From Octopus bimaculoides (Eukaryota), in the NCBI RefSeq assembly GCF_001194135.2, contig NC_068982.1:180502862-180566861 (forward strand): a DNA stretch of 64,000 bases. Reading direction: 5' to 3'. Below the pieces are notes generated by a model that ran no database searches, was not told where the DNA came from, and saw nothing but the letters and a program-made list of their open reading frames with translations. Shown piece after piece: positions 12,201-23,461 of this stretch (position 1 is the first letter of the stretch; every line of letters begins with the position of its first letter). A program made the translations under genes and the position numbers.

Positions 12201-12748
12201 AAATTTTCATTTATTTCAAATTTGCAGTTATGTATGTTAAGCACTGTAGCTGTACAGTCTTAATGCTAAATTTTGGTTTATCTTTGTTTATAGTTTACAT
12301 ATTAACCCTGAGAATGTGCTCTATTGTTGTTTTTCACTTTTGCTTACATCTTCTCTTGCAGGATATTATAGTCATGGAATGCTTTATCTCTTTGTTTTTC
12401 TTTATAGCCTGGAATTCTTCTTCTTATTTTTGTCTTTTATTTCTCTATTCCAGCTGCTTTATCCCTTTCTAAATTTGCTACTTCCGTATAGTTAATTTCC
12501 AGTTTCTACTTTATTATTTCCTTATTTACAGAGAAAAGAATTTTTTCTATCTTTTTCCTGTTGCCGTATTACACTAATCACTTTCCCTTTTCTTCCTTCT
12601 TTGTAGTGTTCACTTTTTTAATTAGACACCCCCGTTCTTGCCTGTGTGGTTGGTATATTTTATCTCGATCAAGTATGGAATGGCTGATTCAGAACGCAGT
12701 TAATAGTCTATTTGATTTTTTTCTGTCTGGGCTCTTCAACTAATTTTC

Positions 12749-12814
<66 letters not shown>

Positions 12815-13382
12815 CCTGTTCTTTCAATTTTGTTTCCAATTCTTATCGAGTGTCTTCCCGACACCTAGGGCAAAGAAACTCACCGTATACATTGGTAGGT
12901 CATTAAAAGAAACACATCTGATTTTTCATTTACAAAGTCATGTGATACAAAGAAAGGGGAAGAAAGAAAGAAAGAGGAAAGAAGAAAAATAGGGAAATAA
13001 TGAAAAAAGAAAACAAAGAAAATAAAGGTAGAAAATGAAAGAAAATTCACAGCGACAATGCTCCTCTCAATACGTCAACAATCCTTTGCACTTCTTGCAT
13101 GGATGGTATGTCATGGACCATCCTCAAATAATTTTCAATTCCCTTTTTGATCATTCCAACTGTTCCCACAATCACTGGTATGGTAACCGTCTTGAGATGT
13201 TGCACATTGTTGATTCCACTGAGCAAATTTTCATATTTTCTGAGCTTATCAAATTTATTTGCCGAGATATCATTATCACAAGGTATGCTCATCACAAGGT
13301 CAATCAATAAGCAGACTTTATTGTTTTGGTTTTTTACAACACTACCTTGTTTATTAGCTTCGATGGTTATGTATGTATCAGT

Positions 13383-14667
13383 TTGGTAAGAAAGTTCTTG
13401 GACACTTTTAACATATCACTCTTAACAATTAAAAAACAACAAAGAAAATCAATCCGAAAGGTAATCACCCTCGCTATCGATCACCTTTTGCCATCTTTCA
13501 GGCAAAGTTTTGAATCCTTTCATCCAGAAATCCCGTGGCTTTGAATCAATAATGTCGTCAAGGAAAGATTTCACATCTTCTTCATTTACGAACTCTGTAT
13601 CACCAATCGCGCGTTGCAAGGCAGAGAATAAGTGTTTGTGAGAAGGGGCAAGGTCAGGTGAAAACGGTGTGAGCACTATAATCTCCCAGTCGGCCACCTT
13701 CAGCTCCTCTGACGTCTTCTTTGCACGATGTTCTGGCGCACTGTCTTGGTGGAAAATCTTCTTCAAATTTGAGCGTTTTTCGGCCAGCGCGATTTTAGAC
13801 GGTCGATTTGTTCGCAGTAGATATCCTTGCCAACGGTGGTATTGCGTGGGAGAGGATCCAACATGATCACATCACGGCAATCTCACCAAACTGAGATCAT
13901 AAGCTTCTATTGCACAAGCGGTCCTTTTGGCGAAGGTTTTAGCTGTTGACCTTTGCTACACCAGGATCGTCTGTGCCTCACGTTGGAGTACAGTACTTTC
14001 TTTTCATCCATAGTCATTACTGCCTCCAACCAATCGAATCTTCGGCTTCGCCAGAGCAGACTTTGTCATGCAGTGACACGTGCTCGTTTGTTCACTTCAG
14101 TTAATTCATGTGGCACCCTTTTTCCAAGCTTGCTGACCTTGACGAGACGATGCAGTTGGTTGATGATCGTGACATGGGTGACGCCAAACTCTACCGCAAG
14201 CTGACATGCAGTTTGCATTGGATCGGTTTCAATAACTTGCAACAATGCATCATCATCGATCTCTCCTGGGCGCCCGCCTCATGGTTGATCTTCCAGTGAA
14301 TAGTTGTCAGATTCAAAGCGCTGATACCAATTACCGCAAATACTTTTCGAGACAGTGCAAGGGCCAAACGCTTCGCAGATTAGTTCAGCTGCGTCACGCA
14401 CAGATGTGCCATATTTGAAGATATACAGTATGACGCCACGCAGAGCCAAATTTGGAAGTGCAATATTTTAAGCCATTTTGCGCAAAAAGTGATGTATTTC
14501 GCAAATACAACAACTGACACATAAAGCTAAAAAGCTAATGAGCAAATAGAGTGATTGTCAGTATTTATATAGTCACAATAGACACGCTGGCTGCTTCTCA
14601 TTGGTTGGTGACGCTGATTGGTTGCGAGATTGAAGGCGGCTTGGTTGTCCAAGAACTTTCTTACCAA
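13383..14667 (-). mobile_element. Full-length mariner transposon (1285 bp)
   Basis: Perfect 22-bp TIRs TTGGTAAGAAAGTTCTTGGACA (13383-13404) and TGTCCAAGAACTTTCTTACCAA (14646-14667). TA follows the right end. Typical mariner length. Confidence 0.95.
13449..14476 (-). pseudogene. Mariner transposase, disrupted
   Basis: ATG at 14476. HTH region LRGVILYIFKYGTSVRDAAELICEAFG...WYQRFESDNYSLEDQP*GGRP, then (W)VPHELTE, MTMDEKKVLY, HQDSAPEH and FSPDLAPSHKHLF. A few stops and frameshifts; the third catalytic D appears as H. Confidence 0.92.
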
Positions 14668-15231
14668 TATAATATGGACTGGAAAGTCTCAAAGAATCGT
14701 TACATTTTCTCCCTCAGTTACAACTTCAGGGCGGTGCTAGTACTATTTGTTAGCAATTTCGATTTTATAATCTCGACATATTAACCAGTGCAGATATTGA
14801 CCAATTCTGCCATGTCTTGATTTATACTCTACCGGTGCTAAAACCGTACACCCACATCTTAGCTGGTCCACTGTTTCGATCTGATCGTTGAAATATCGGC
14901 ACTTTAGGTCTACTCCAAAAAAACCATCATATTGACTTGGTAGTTATCAGTCAATAATCTCTGATCTTAAGCAGCTAAGATAAACCATTCGCTCTCTGCC
15001 TTTAGCAGTGAGCCCCGTATCCACTGATGAATGTGCTTCTGGTCTACATCAACTTGTTTGCTACGTGCCGCATATTTGCCATGCAGCTAATTGTTCAAAT
15101 GCATTTGCCATGCAGCTAATTGTTCAAATGCATTTATCGTTGCCGTTGTTTTCACCTTCTTTGCAGCAACGGTTGCTGCACTTTCATCAAGCTGTTCAAC
15201 CTGGGTATAATGCATAAACTCACTTATATAG

Positions 15232-15322
15232 GCTATAGTAGAATACACTTGCCGAAGGTGCCACGCAGTGGGACTGAACCCAGAGCCATGTGGTTTTGAA
15301 GCAAGCTATTTACTACACAGCA
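15232..15322 (-). mobile_element. Family B (CORE-like) tRNA-derived SINE head
   Basis: Reverse complement of GCTGTGTAGTAA...GGTTCAGTCCCACTGCGTGGCACCTTCGGCAAGTGTATTCTACTATAGCC matches 30531-30650. Confidence 0.88.
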
Positions 15323-15690
15323 GTTTGCAATGTTTTACTAAAAGTGAGAATTATAAACGTCACTAAATGAGACTAGGGTGTTACATTGCTAGAAATAGGA
15401 GCTAAACCGCTCTAATGCTTAACGCACATGAATGAAAACATATGCACTAACAGGGACGATAATCACCCCAAAAGTGCCGATTGAGAATTCTTAATACTGA
15501 CGCGTTACTTTCGGCAATATCCGTTGCTTCCTCAGTTAAGACAGCACGACTGTACGGCTCTTTCCGGACTCGCTTCGCCATTAGTATTTATATTTTCGTC
15601 ATCCCAAAAATTGGATGGTTTAGCGATCGCTAATGTGTATATATAGGATTAATACAAAGAGCAGTTTGCAATGTCTTACCATATATGTGT

Positions 15691-15848
15691 GCTAGAGTGG
15701 CTGTATGTTTAGAAGCTTTCCGACCACATGGCTCCGGGCTCAGTCGAACTGCGTGGCACGTTGGGCAAGTGTCTTCTACTATAGCGTCGAGCCGACCAAA
15801 GCCTCGTGAGTGATTTTGGTAGACAGAAAGTGAAAGAAGCCCGTCATA
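15691..15848 (+). mobile_element. Family B SINE 5' half
   Basis: GAGTGGCTGTATG...CTGCGTGGCACGTTGGGCAAGTGTCTTCTACTATAGC...GAAAGAAGCCCGTC, then (TA)n and a gap. Confidence 0.9.
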
Positions 15849-15849
15849 T

Positions 15850-15900
<51 letters not shown>

Positions 15901-16338
15901 NNNNNNNNNNNNNNNNNNNNNNNNNNNNNNNNNNNNNNNNNNNNNNNNNNNNNNNNNNNNNNNNNNNNNNNNNNNNNNNNNNNNNNNNNNNNNNNNNNNN
16001 NNNNNNNNNNNNNNNNNNNNNNNNNNNNNNNNNNNNNNNNNNNNNNNNNNNNNNNNNNNNNNNNNNNNNNNNNNNNNNNNNNNNNNNNNNNNNNNNNNNN
16101 NNNNNNNNNNNNNNNNNNNNNNNNNNNNNNNNNNNNNNNNNNNNNNNNNNNNNNNNNNNNNNNNNNNNNNNNNNNNNNNNNNNNNNNNNNNNNNNNNNNN
16201 NNNNNNNNNNNNNNNNNNNNNNNNNNNNNNNNNNNNNNNNNNNNNNNNNNNNNNNNNNNNNNNNNNNNNNNNNNNNNNNNNNNNNNNNNNNNNNNNNNNN
16301 NNNNNNNNNNNNTATATATATATATATATATATATATA

Positions 16339-16440
16339 CGGGGTGTCCACAAAGTCTAGGTACATGGCGTAAATAAAATCATAACATAAACAATTAAATA
16401 TAAGAAATAATAATTTCTTAAAGTACGTGTTAATGCCCAT
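16339..16440. mobile_element. Truncated Tc1/mariner-type MITE
   Basis: TA-CGGGGTGTCCACAAAGTCTAGGTACATGG looks like a Tc1/mariner TIR. The right side begins its complement (CCCAT) and then turns into (TA)n. Confidence 0.4.
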
Positions 16441-16762
16441 ATATATATATATATATATACACATGACCACAACCTCAAGGTTGAACCATATAAAAGAATA
16501 AAAGAATATGTATATGTACACAAACACACAGCAGATATATCAACTACGCTCGTAGGCATCACTCAAAAATAGGGTAGGAGAAACATGTACAAGCGAAATA
16601 AAAAAAAAAAGAGCGTGGGAGAGAGGAAAAGGAAGGATGAAGAGAGAGAGAGAAAGGGAGAGCGAGAGAGAGGAAATACTTTTGAAAGCAGGAAGAAGCC
16701 GAGCTACGCAGAAATAAGAATCTAGAATGAAATTCATCAACCTCATTCTTCCTTCTCAATAA

Positions 16763-16806
<44 letters not shown>

Positions 16807-16890
16807 TTGCTACTGCAACTGCTGCTGCTGCTGTTGTCGCATCTACTACAGTTACTACTACTAATAGCAGTTATAATAATAACCTTTTCC

Positions 16891-17760
16891 AAGGAGGCGA
16901 GATGGCAGAATCGTTAGCATGCTGGGTGAAATGCTTGGCGGTATTTCGTGTGCTTTACGGTCTCAGTTCACATTCCGCCGAGGTCGATTTTATTTTTCAG
17001 GGTCGATAACTTAAGTAGCAGTTGTGTATTGGCATCGATCTTATTGATTGGTTCCCACCCCAAAATTTCGGACCTTGTTCCTAGAATAGAAAAGAATATT
17101 CCTTTCTACTATGGGCACAAGCCCTGGAATTTTTTTTTTTTGTGTGTGTGTGTGTGTGTGTGGGGGGTGGTGGTTGAGATCAGTCGATTACATACACTCT
17201 GGCGCTCAACTGGCCCTTATTTTATCAACCGTGGAAGGGGACAATCAACGTTGTCGGAATTTGAACTCATAGCGTAAAAACGAGCGAAATGTCGCTAAGC
17301 ATTTTGCCCGGTGAAAAACAACAACAATAATAAAAATAATGATACTTTCTATTATAGTCACAAGGCCTGGACTTTGTGGGGAGTGGGATGAGTCGATCAC
17401 ATCGATCCCAGGGCTCAACTGGTACTTATTTTATCGACTCTGAAACGATGAAAGGTTAAGTCGACCTCGGGGGAATTTGAACTCAGAACGGAGCGATGAG
17501 TGAATTACCACTAAGCATTTCATCCAGAGTGCTAACGATTCTGCCAGCTCACCGCCTTGATAATAATAATCCTTTCTACTATAGGCAATTTGGGGAAGGG
17601 GATTACTTGATTCCATTGACTCCATTGTTTCACTGGTAGTTAGTTTATCGACCCGAAAGAATGAAAGGAAAAGTCGACCTCAGCGGAATTTGAACTCAGA
17701 TCGTGAAGACAGACGAAATACTACTAAGCATTATGCCCGGCGTGCTAACGATTCGTCCAA
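16891..17760. mobile_element. Cluster of four family A SINEs: + 16891-17100; - 17101-17310, 17345-17556, 17570-17760
   Basis: Each shows the A/B-box head, central CGATAAA domain and GAAAGG tail, or their reverse complements. Confidence 0.92.
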
Positions 17761-17940
17761 GAAGAAGAAGAAAAGAAGAAAGTAGAAGTAGTAGTGTTAA
17801 TAAAATGTAAGGAAGAAAAAGAAGTAGTAGTAGGAGTAGTAGTAGTAGTAGGAGGAGGAGGAGGAGGAGGAGGAGGAGAGTAGAAGGAGAAGGAGAAGAA
17901 GAAGATGATGATGAAGAAGAAGAAGAAGAAGAAGAAGAAG

Positions 17941-17971
<31 letters not shown>

Positions 17972-18003
17972 TGATGATGATGAAGAAGAAGAAGAAGAAG
18001 AAG

Positions 18004-18034
<31 letters not shown>

Positions 18035-18110
18035 TGATGATGATGATGAAGAAGAAGAAGAAGAAGAAGAAGAAGAAGAAGAAGAAGAAGAAGAAGAAGA
18101 AGAAGAAGAT
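17760..18110. repeat. Compound (GAA)/(GTA)/(GAG)/(GAT) microsatellite
   Basis: Direct reading. A similar purine-rich tract lies at about 48990-49170. Confidence 0.95.
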
Positions 18111-18847
18111 TATGTAGAAGGCTTAGAAAGGCAGAAGACCGCGAAATAATGAAGTCTAGATAATTTCTAAGTTCAGTATGTATTGACGAACATGGAGAAA
18201 GGAATTTCCTGTTTACTGTTGTTTTAAGCCAAATTTTAATAAAATAAGAAATACAAAAGAATCCTATTTCTATTTCTCTGCCTCTGTTACAGTCGGTTTC
18301 ACTATATGTGCATAGGAAATATTGCACAATAGCTCTGCCAGAAATGAGTAAAACAGTCAACTCGTTAGTTATGAATCTAACAAACAGATGCATACTTAAC
18401 ATATCCTACTTATCCATTTCTGTATGTCTCTTTATCTCACGATATTTGACACAAGCATGTAGTGAAACCCTCACTCACGCACGCACACGTACACACATAC
18501 ACACGTGCACACACACACACTTATACACAGAAACACGCAAATACGCACACGGACTTTCCACATCGCAAACACTAACATACATTCATCTATTCATCCATAC
18601 ACTGACACGCATATAAGTGTATATGTGTGTGTGTGTGTATACAAACACGCAATCACACACACACATACACACAGGCACACACGCGCACACAGACACACGC
18701 ATATGTGTATGTGTGAACGTACATATTTCAAAAGTATGTGAAGTGTATACACATATATAAGCGTTTTGTTCTGTTGTAGACTAAGAAATTAGTATCTATT
18801 TCTGTAATCTGCTCCTGCAATCTTATTTTCCAGGTTATTAACCTCGT

Positions 18848-18888
<41 letters not shown>

Positions 18889-19874
18889 NNNNNNNNNNNN
18901 NNNNNNNNNNNNNNNNNNNNNNNNNNNNNNNNNNNNNNNNNNNNNNNNNNNNNNNNNNNNNNNNNNNNNNNNNNNNNNNNNNNNNNNNNNNNNNNNNNNN
19001 NNNNNNNNNNNNNNNNNNNNNNNNNNNNNNNNNNNNNNNNNNNNNNNNNNNNNNNNNNNNNNNNNNNNNNNNNNNNNNNNNNNNNNNNNNNNNNNNNNNN
19101 NNNNNNNNNNNNNNNNNNNNNNNNNNNNNNNNNNNNNNNNNNNNNNNNNNNNNNNNNNNNNNNNNNNNNNNNNNNNNNNNNNNNNNNNTATATATAATAT
19201 GCATATCAACACCATGTGAGTATTTTTGTTTTTTGTTCAGAATAACCATCATCTTGTGTTGTAAATTAATCTGTAACGATCAGAAGCCTACGTGACAATA
19301 TACTTTGAGGAACAAGATTATTACCTTGTATAGATCGAACTTATTACAAGCAGTATCGTACAATTATTCTATAGTGTCTAGTCATATTTCGTTAAGTATG
19401 AGTGGCGGACAGTTGTAAACTTGATGGTCTTGTGAATGGGATTTCTGTATTCTTATTATATTCTCTTCCGTTTTTTGGGTATTGCCGATAAGAGATATTT
19501 TATTACAAGGTTTATGTGATTTGAGTAGGAAGAATACATTATGAAAGTTATGGATCTTTCCGTTATGTACTGCTAGATTCGTTTATCATGCCGAAAGCGA
19601 TACTATTGAGTTTGAATGTTTAGGAATTCAAAAATCAAAAGCAGAAGCAAATATATCAAATAAAATAAAATTAAATTAAAATGGCTCACAATTGCATACG
19701 CACATAGATTAACAGACAACATCCTATATGTGTATACACACAGTATAATCACCTCAAATTAGAGTTAAATACATATAAGGAAACATGGAAATATACAAAG
19801 TAGAATACACACACATACACACACACAGAGCAACACACACATGTAGTTAAACATATATCAATGCCATTTCAAAA

Positions 19875-20050
19875 TATAACCACATGTGAATAGTTGGTGA
19901 TTTTCTTCCTCTGTCTTCCTTTTCTATTGGGCTTTCCTGTTTCTGAAAAAGAGCATCTGCTTGAAACATTAAACCATCTTTCTTTCCTTCCCTGAGCGTC
20001 TGCTAATACTTTATATGTATTATATCCTCACGTTGTTTTTTGTGTTTGTT
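19875..20050 (+). mobile_element. Possible Penelope-like element terminal fragment
   Basis: TTTCTGAAAAAGAGCATCTGCTTGAAACATT resembles the CTGAAGA.G...CTCGAAAC terminus typical of Penelope elements. Recognition from memory only. Confidence 0.35.
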
Positions 20051-20384
20051 CTTCGTTTTCTTGGATTTACTATGTATGCATGTATTTATTTAAGTAGGGT
20101 GTGTGTGTGTGTACGTATGTATTTATATATATACACACATACCCACACACATATATATATATATATACACATATGCTTACAAGATGTAATCATCCCATCA
20201 CTCACTCAGTGATTAGAACCACTGTCAGCATGTGTATATATTTGCGCATTTCCTACAGCATTAAGATCATTTTAACTCTTATTTCTAGCAATGCAGGTGT
20301 CTTGATACCCTTAGTTACATTTAGTTACGATTGAAATTTTCCTTTACGGTATCATTATGCTTAGCTGTTGCACTATTTTGTTGA

Positions 20385-21414
20385 CATCTTAAAAAAATTG
20401 GGAGATGGCCCCCAACACTGACGTCATATACCTTGATTTCATCAAGGCATTTGATAGAGTGGACCACAAAATCCTGCTGAAGAAACTGTCCAATATTGAA
20501 GTTCGTGGAAAGCTGCTGCAGTCGATAAAGTATTTCTTGGCGAACAGAAACGAACATGTGTTTGAAGGAATAACATCCAGCTTCGCCAAAGTTAGTAGTG
20601 GTGTCGTACAAAGTACTGCGCTGTGCCAACTCTACATCAATGACATAGTAGACGTCATCAAACATTCTACATTAAAAATCTTTGTAGATGATTCCCAACT
20701 CCAGACAGCCATAAACAGTATGGGAGACCGAACATGCCTCCAGTCGGATCTGCTTGCTGTTGTCCAATGGGCAGAAAAAAACAGTATGCTTCTAAATGAA
20801 GATAAATTTGATTTGATCTACTTTCGAAAAGAGGATACTCTGAAATTACCACATGCTCTTCCCTCAGGCAACTCTCTGATGTCATCCAACAACACCAGAG
20901 ACCTTGGAGCAATTGTTGATAACAATCTAAGCTGGTGTTCCCACATAAATAGCAAGGTTGACTAGGCCCGCAAGATGTGCTCCTGGATTCTGAGAACTTT
21001 CAGGTCTAGAGATCCCTACGCCATCATCCTCCTCTACTCTACTTTTGCCCGCCCCCACTTTGAATACTGTTGCCCACTGTGGTCTCCCCATACGAAGCAA
21101 CTCATTATGAAAGTAGAAGCACTCCAGAGGTCAATAACAAGAAAGACAGACGGCTTGAGAGGCATTGATTACTGAGGTCGACTAAAAAAACTCAATCTCT
21201 ACTCTCTAAAACGCCGCCGGGAGCGCTACATTATTTCTGTGATGTGGAAAATATTCCCTCAATATTGCATAAATGATGTTGGCATCAATTTTAAAATCCA
21301 TCCTAGACTTGGCCTCCACGCTTCCCGCCCATTACAAAAATCGAACTCAGGAAACATAAAAACATTATGTAACAACTACTTTACCTCAACCGGCCCAGCT
21401 CTCTTTAATACCAT
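20385..21414 (+). mobile_element. CR1-clade LINE, RT and C-terminal region (pseudogenised)
   Basis: ORFs 20405-20965 (DVIYLDFIKAFDRVDH, SGVVQS, YINDI, IFVDDS, RDLGAIVDNNLSW), 20975-21175 (RPHFEYCCPLWSP, EALQRSITR) and a continuation to the gap. Confidence 0.95.
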
Positions 21415-21946
21415 NNNNNNNNNNNNNNNNNNNNNNNNNNNNNNNNNNNNNNNNNNNNNNNNNNNNNNNNNNNNNNNNNNNNNNNNNNNNNNNNNNNNNN
21501 NNNNNNNNNNNNNNNNNNNNNNNNNNNNNNNNNNNNNNNNNNNNNNNNNNNNNNNNNNNNNNNNNNNNNNNNNNNNNNNNNNNNNNNNNNNNNNNNNNNN
21601 NNNNNNNNNNNNNNNNNNNNNNNNNNNNNNNNNNNNNNNNNNNNNNNNNNNNNNNNNNNNNNNNNNNNNNNNNNNNNNNNNNNNNNNNNNNNNNNNNNNN
21701 NNNNNNNNNNNNNNNNNNNNNNNNNNNNNNNNNNNNNNNNNNNNNNNNNNNNNNNNNNNNNNNNNNNNNNNNNNNNNNNNNNNNNNNNNNNNNNNNNNNN
21801 NNNNNNNNNNNNNNNNNNNNNNNNNNNNNNNNNTTCACCGATAATGGTGTTTACATACCGAATTGCTTGGTATTTACATACCGAATTGCTTAATTATTAA
21901 TTTATTAATAAATTAATACATTGATAATCCTTTACCCTCTTATTTG

Positions 21947-22005
<59 letters not shown>

Positions 22006-22059
22006 TATATATACACACACACACATATATATATAAATATATATAATATGTATGTGCGG

Positions 22060-22252
22060 GTGTGTATGTCTGTCCCTCTCTGTCTGTGTCTTTGTGTCAA
22101 TTGGTTTGTTTACTCACCAGTAACTTAGCCGTTCAGCAAAAAGACAAAAGAGCATGTACCATGTTTAAAACAAAAATAAGGTCTGGAGTTGATTAATTCG
22201 ACTAAAAATTCCTCAGTGCCGTATCCCAGCATGACTGCAGTCTAGTGACTCA
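22060..22252 (+). mobile_element. Family B SINE 3' half, degenerate
   Basis: GTAACTTAGCCGTTCAGCAAAA...CCCAGCATGACTGCAGTC matches 30800-30920. Confidence 0.75.
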
Positions 22253-23249
22253 TTGTAGTCAATTCTAAAGTACATTTATAAACATGTATTTGTGTACATG
22301 TATGGACGTATGTAAATATATGTACGTATATCAGTATATGTGTGTGTGCATTTAAAGAAGTATGTATATNNNNNNNNNNNNNNNNNNNNNNNNNNNNNNN
22401 NNNNNNNNNNNNNNNNNNNNNNNNNNNNNNNNNNNNNNNNNNNNNNNNNNNNNNNNNNNNNNNNNNNNNNNNNNNNNNNNNNNNNNNNNNNNNNNNNNNN
22501 NNNNNNNNNNNNNNNNNNNNNNNNNNNNNNNNNNNNNNNNNNNNNNNNNNNNNNNNNNNNNNNNNNNNNNNNNNNNNNNNNNNNNNNNNNNNNNNNNNNN
22601 NNNNNNNNNNNNNNNNNNNNNNNNNNNNNNNNNNNNNNNNNNNNNNNNNNNNNNNNNNTATATATATATATATATCATATGTATGCATAACACTCACCAA
22701 AAGCATCTGCATTCATGCACGCACGCATAAACAAGATGTGGTCCTTCATCTATGAGTATACAGGTTTTTTATTAACCTAATTACTTGCTCCAGAATCATT
22801 GTGAAAGTCGCAGAATGTTTCGCACATGTGGATACCATTAACCTAATTCTTACGTTGTACTTTTGGGACACAATGTGTGACATCGTTGCACTTTTTGCTT
22901 TTACAGATGCAATCAACCAAACAGGATTCTACACAGTTTCTGTGTATCCAATTTCATTCATAAAGTACAAGAGGAGTGAAGACTATAGGAAGTATACCTA
23001 CATGCACACGCGAACATACACGCGCGTTTTCAGTTTTGTCCATGTGCACGTGTGTGTGTGTGTGTATGCGTGTGTGCGCGCGTGAGCGCGTGCATGTATA
23101 AATGTTTGTGTGGGTGTATATGTATGCGCAAGCTTTTCACCAACGTGCAACGGCAAAATATTTAAAGTAAGAAGCGCATTTAATTCTACTACTACTACTA
23201 CTACTACTACTATGATGATGATGATGATGATGATGATGACGATGATGAT

Positions 23250-23461
23250 AATCCCTTGTATTATAGGCACATAGCTGGAAATTTTGTGCGAGGAGGCCAG
23301 TAGATAAGATCGACACCAGTAGGCAACTGGTACTTAATTTATCTACCCCGAAGGATGAAAGGCAAAGTCGACCTCTGCAGATTTTGTTCTCAGAACGGGA
23401 AGACGAAATGCCGCGAAGCATTTTGCATGGCGTGTTAACGATTCTACCAGCTCACCGCCTC
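23250..23461 (-). mobile_element. Family A SINE
   Basis: GGTACTTAATTTATC..CCCCGAAGGATGAAAGGCAAAGTCGACCTC...ACGATTCTACCAGCTCACCGCC, preceded by (CTA)n(GAT)n and followed by (AAT)n. Confidence 0.9.

Larger units (their letters stand above)
12745..15225 (-). mobile_element. R4/Dong-clade non-LTR retrotransposon 3' part (zinc knuckle, restriction-like endonuclease, (TAA)n tail), split by a mariner
   Basis: 14668-15225 reads LKAESEWFILAA*DQRLLTDNYQ...PKCRYFNDQIETVDQLRCGCTVLAPVEYKSRHGRIGQYLHWLIC...ENVTIL*DFPVH. 13040-13382 continues TD..TIEANKQ..VVK...LIDLVMSIPCDNDISANKFDKLRKY...IPVIVGTVGMIKKG. The 3' UTR is about 12813-12900, ending in (TAA)n. Confidence 0.85.

Noticed and set aside
22801-22990. 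Cys-rich minus-strand reading (NCVESCLVDCICKSKKCNDVTHC) with a GTAAG donor, a possible EGF-like exon
   Set aside because: There is an in-frame stop after the better acceptor. The + strand (VSVYPISFIKYKRSEDYRK) looks like a CR1 RT relic.
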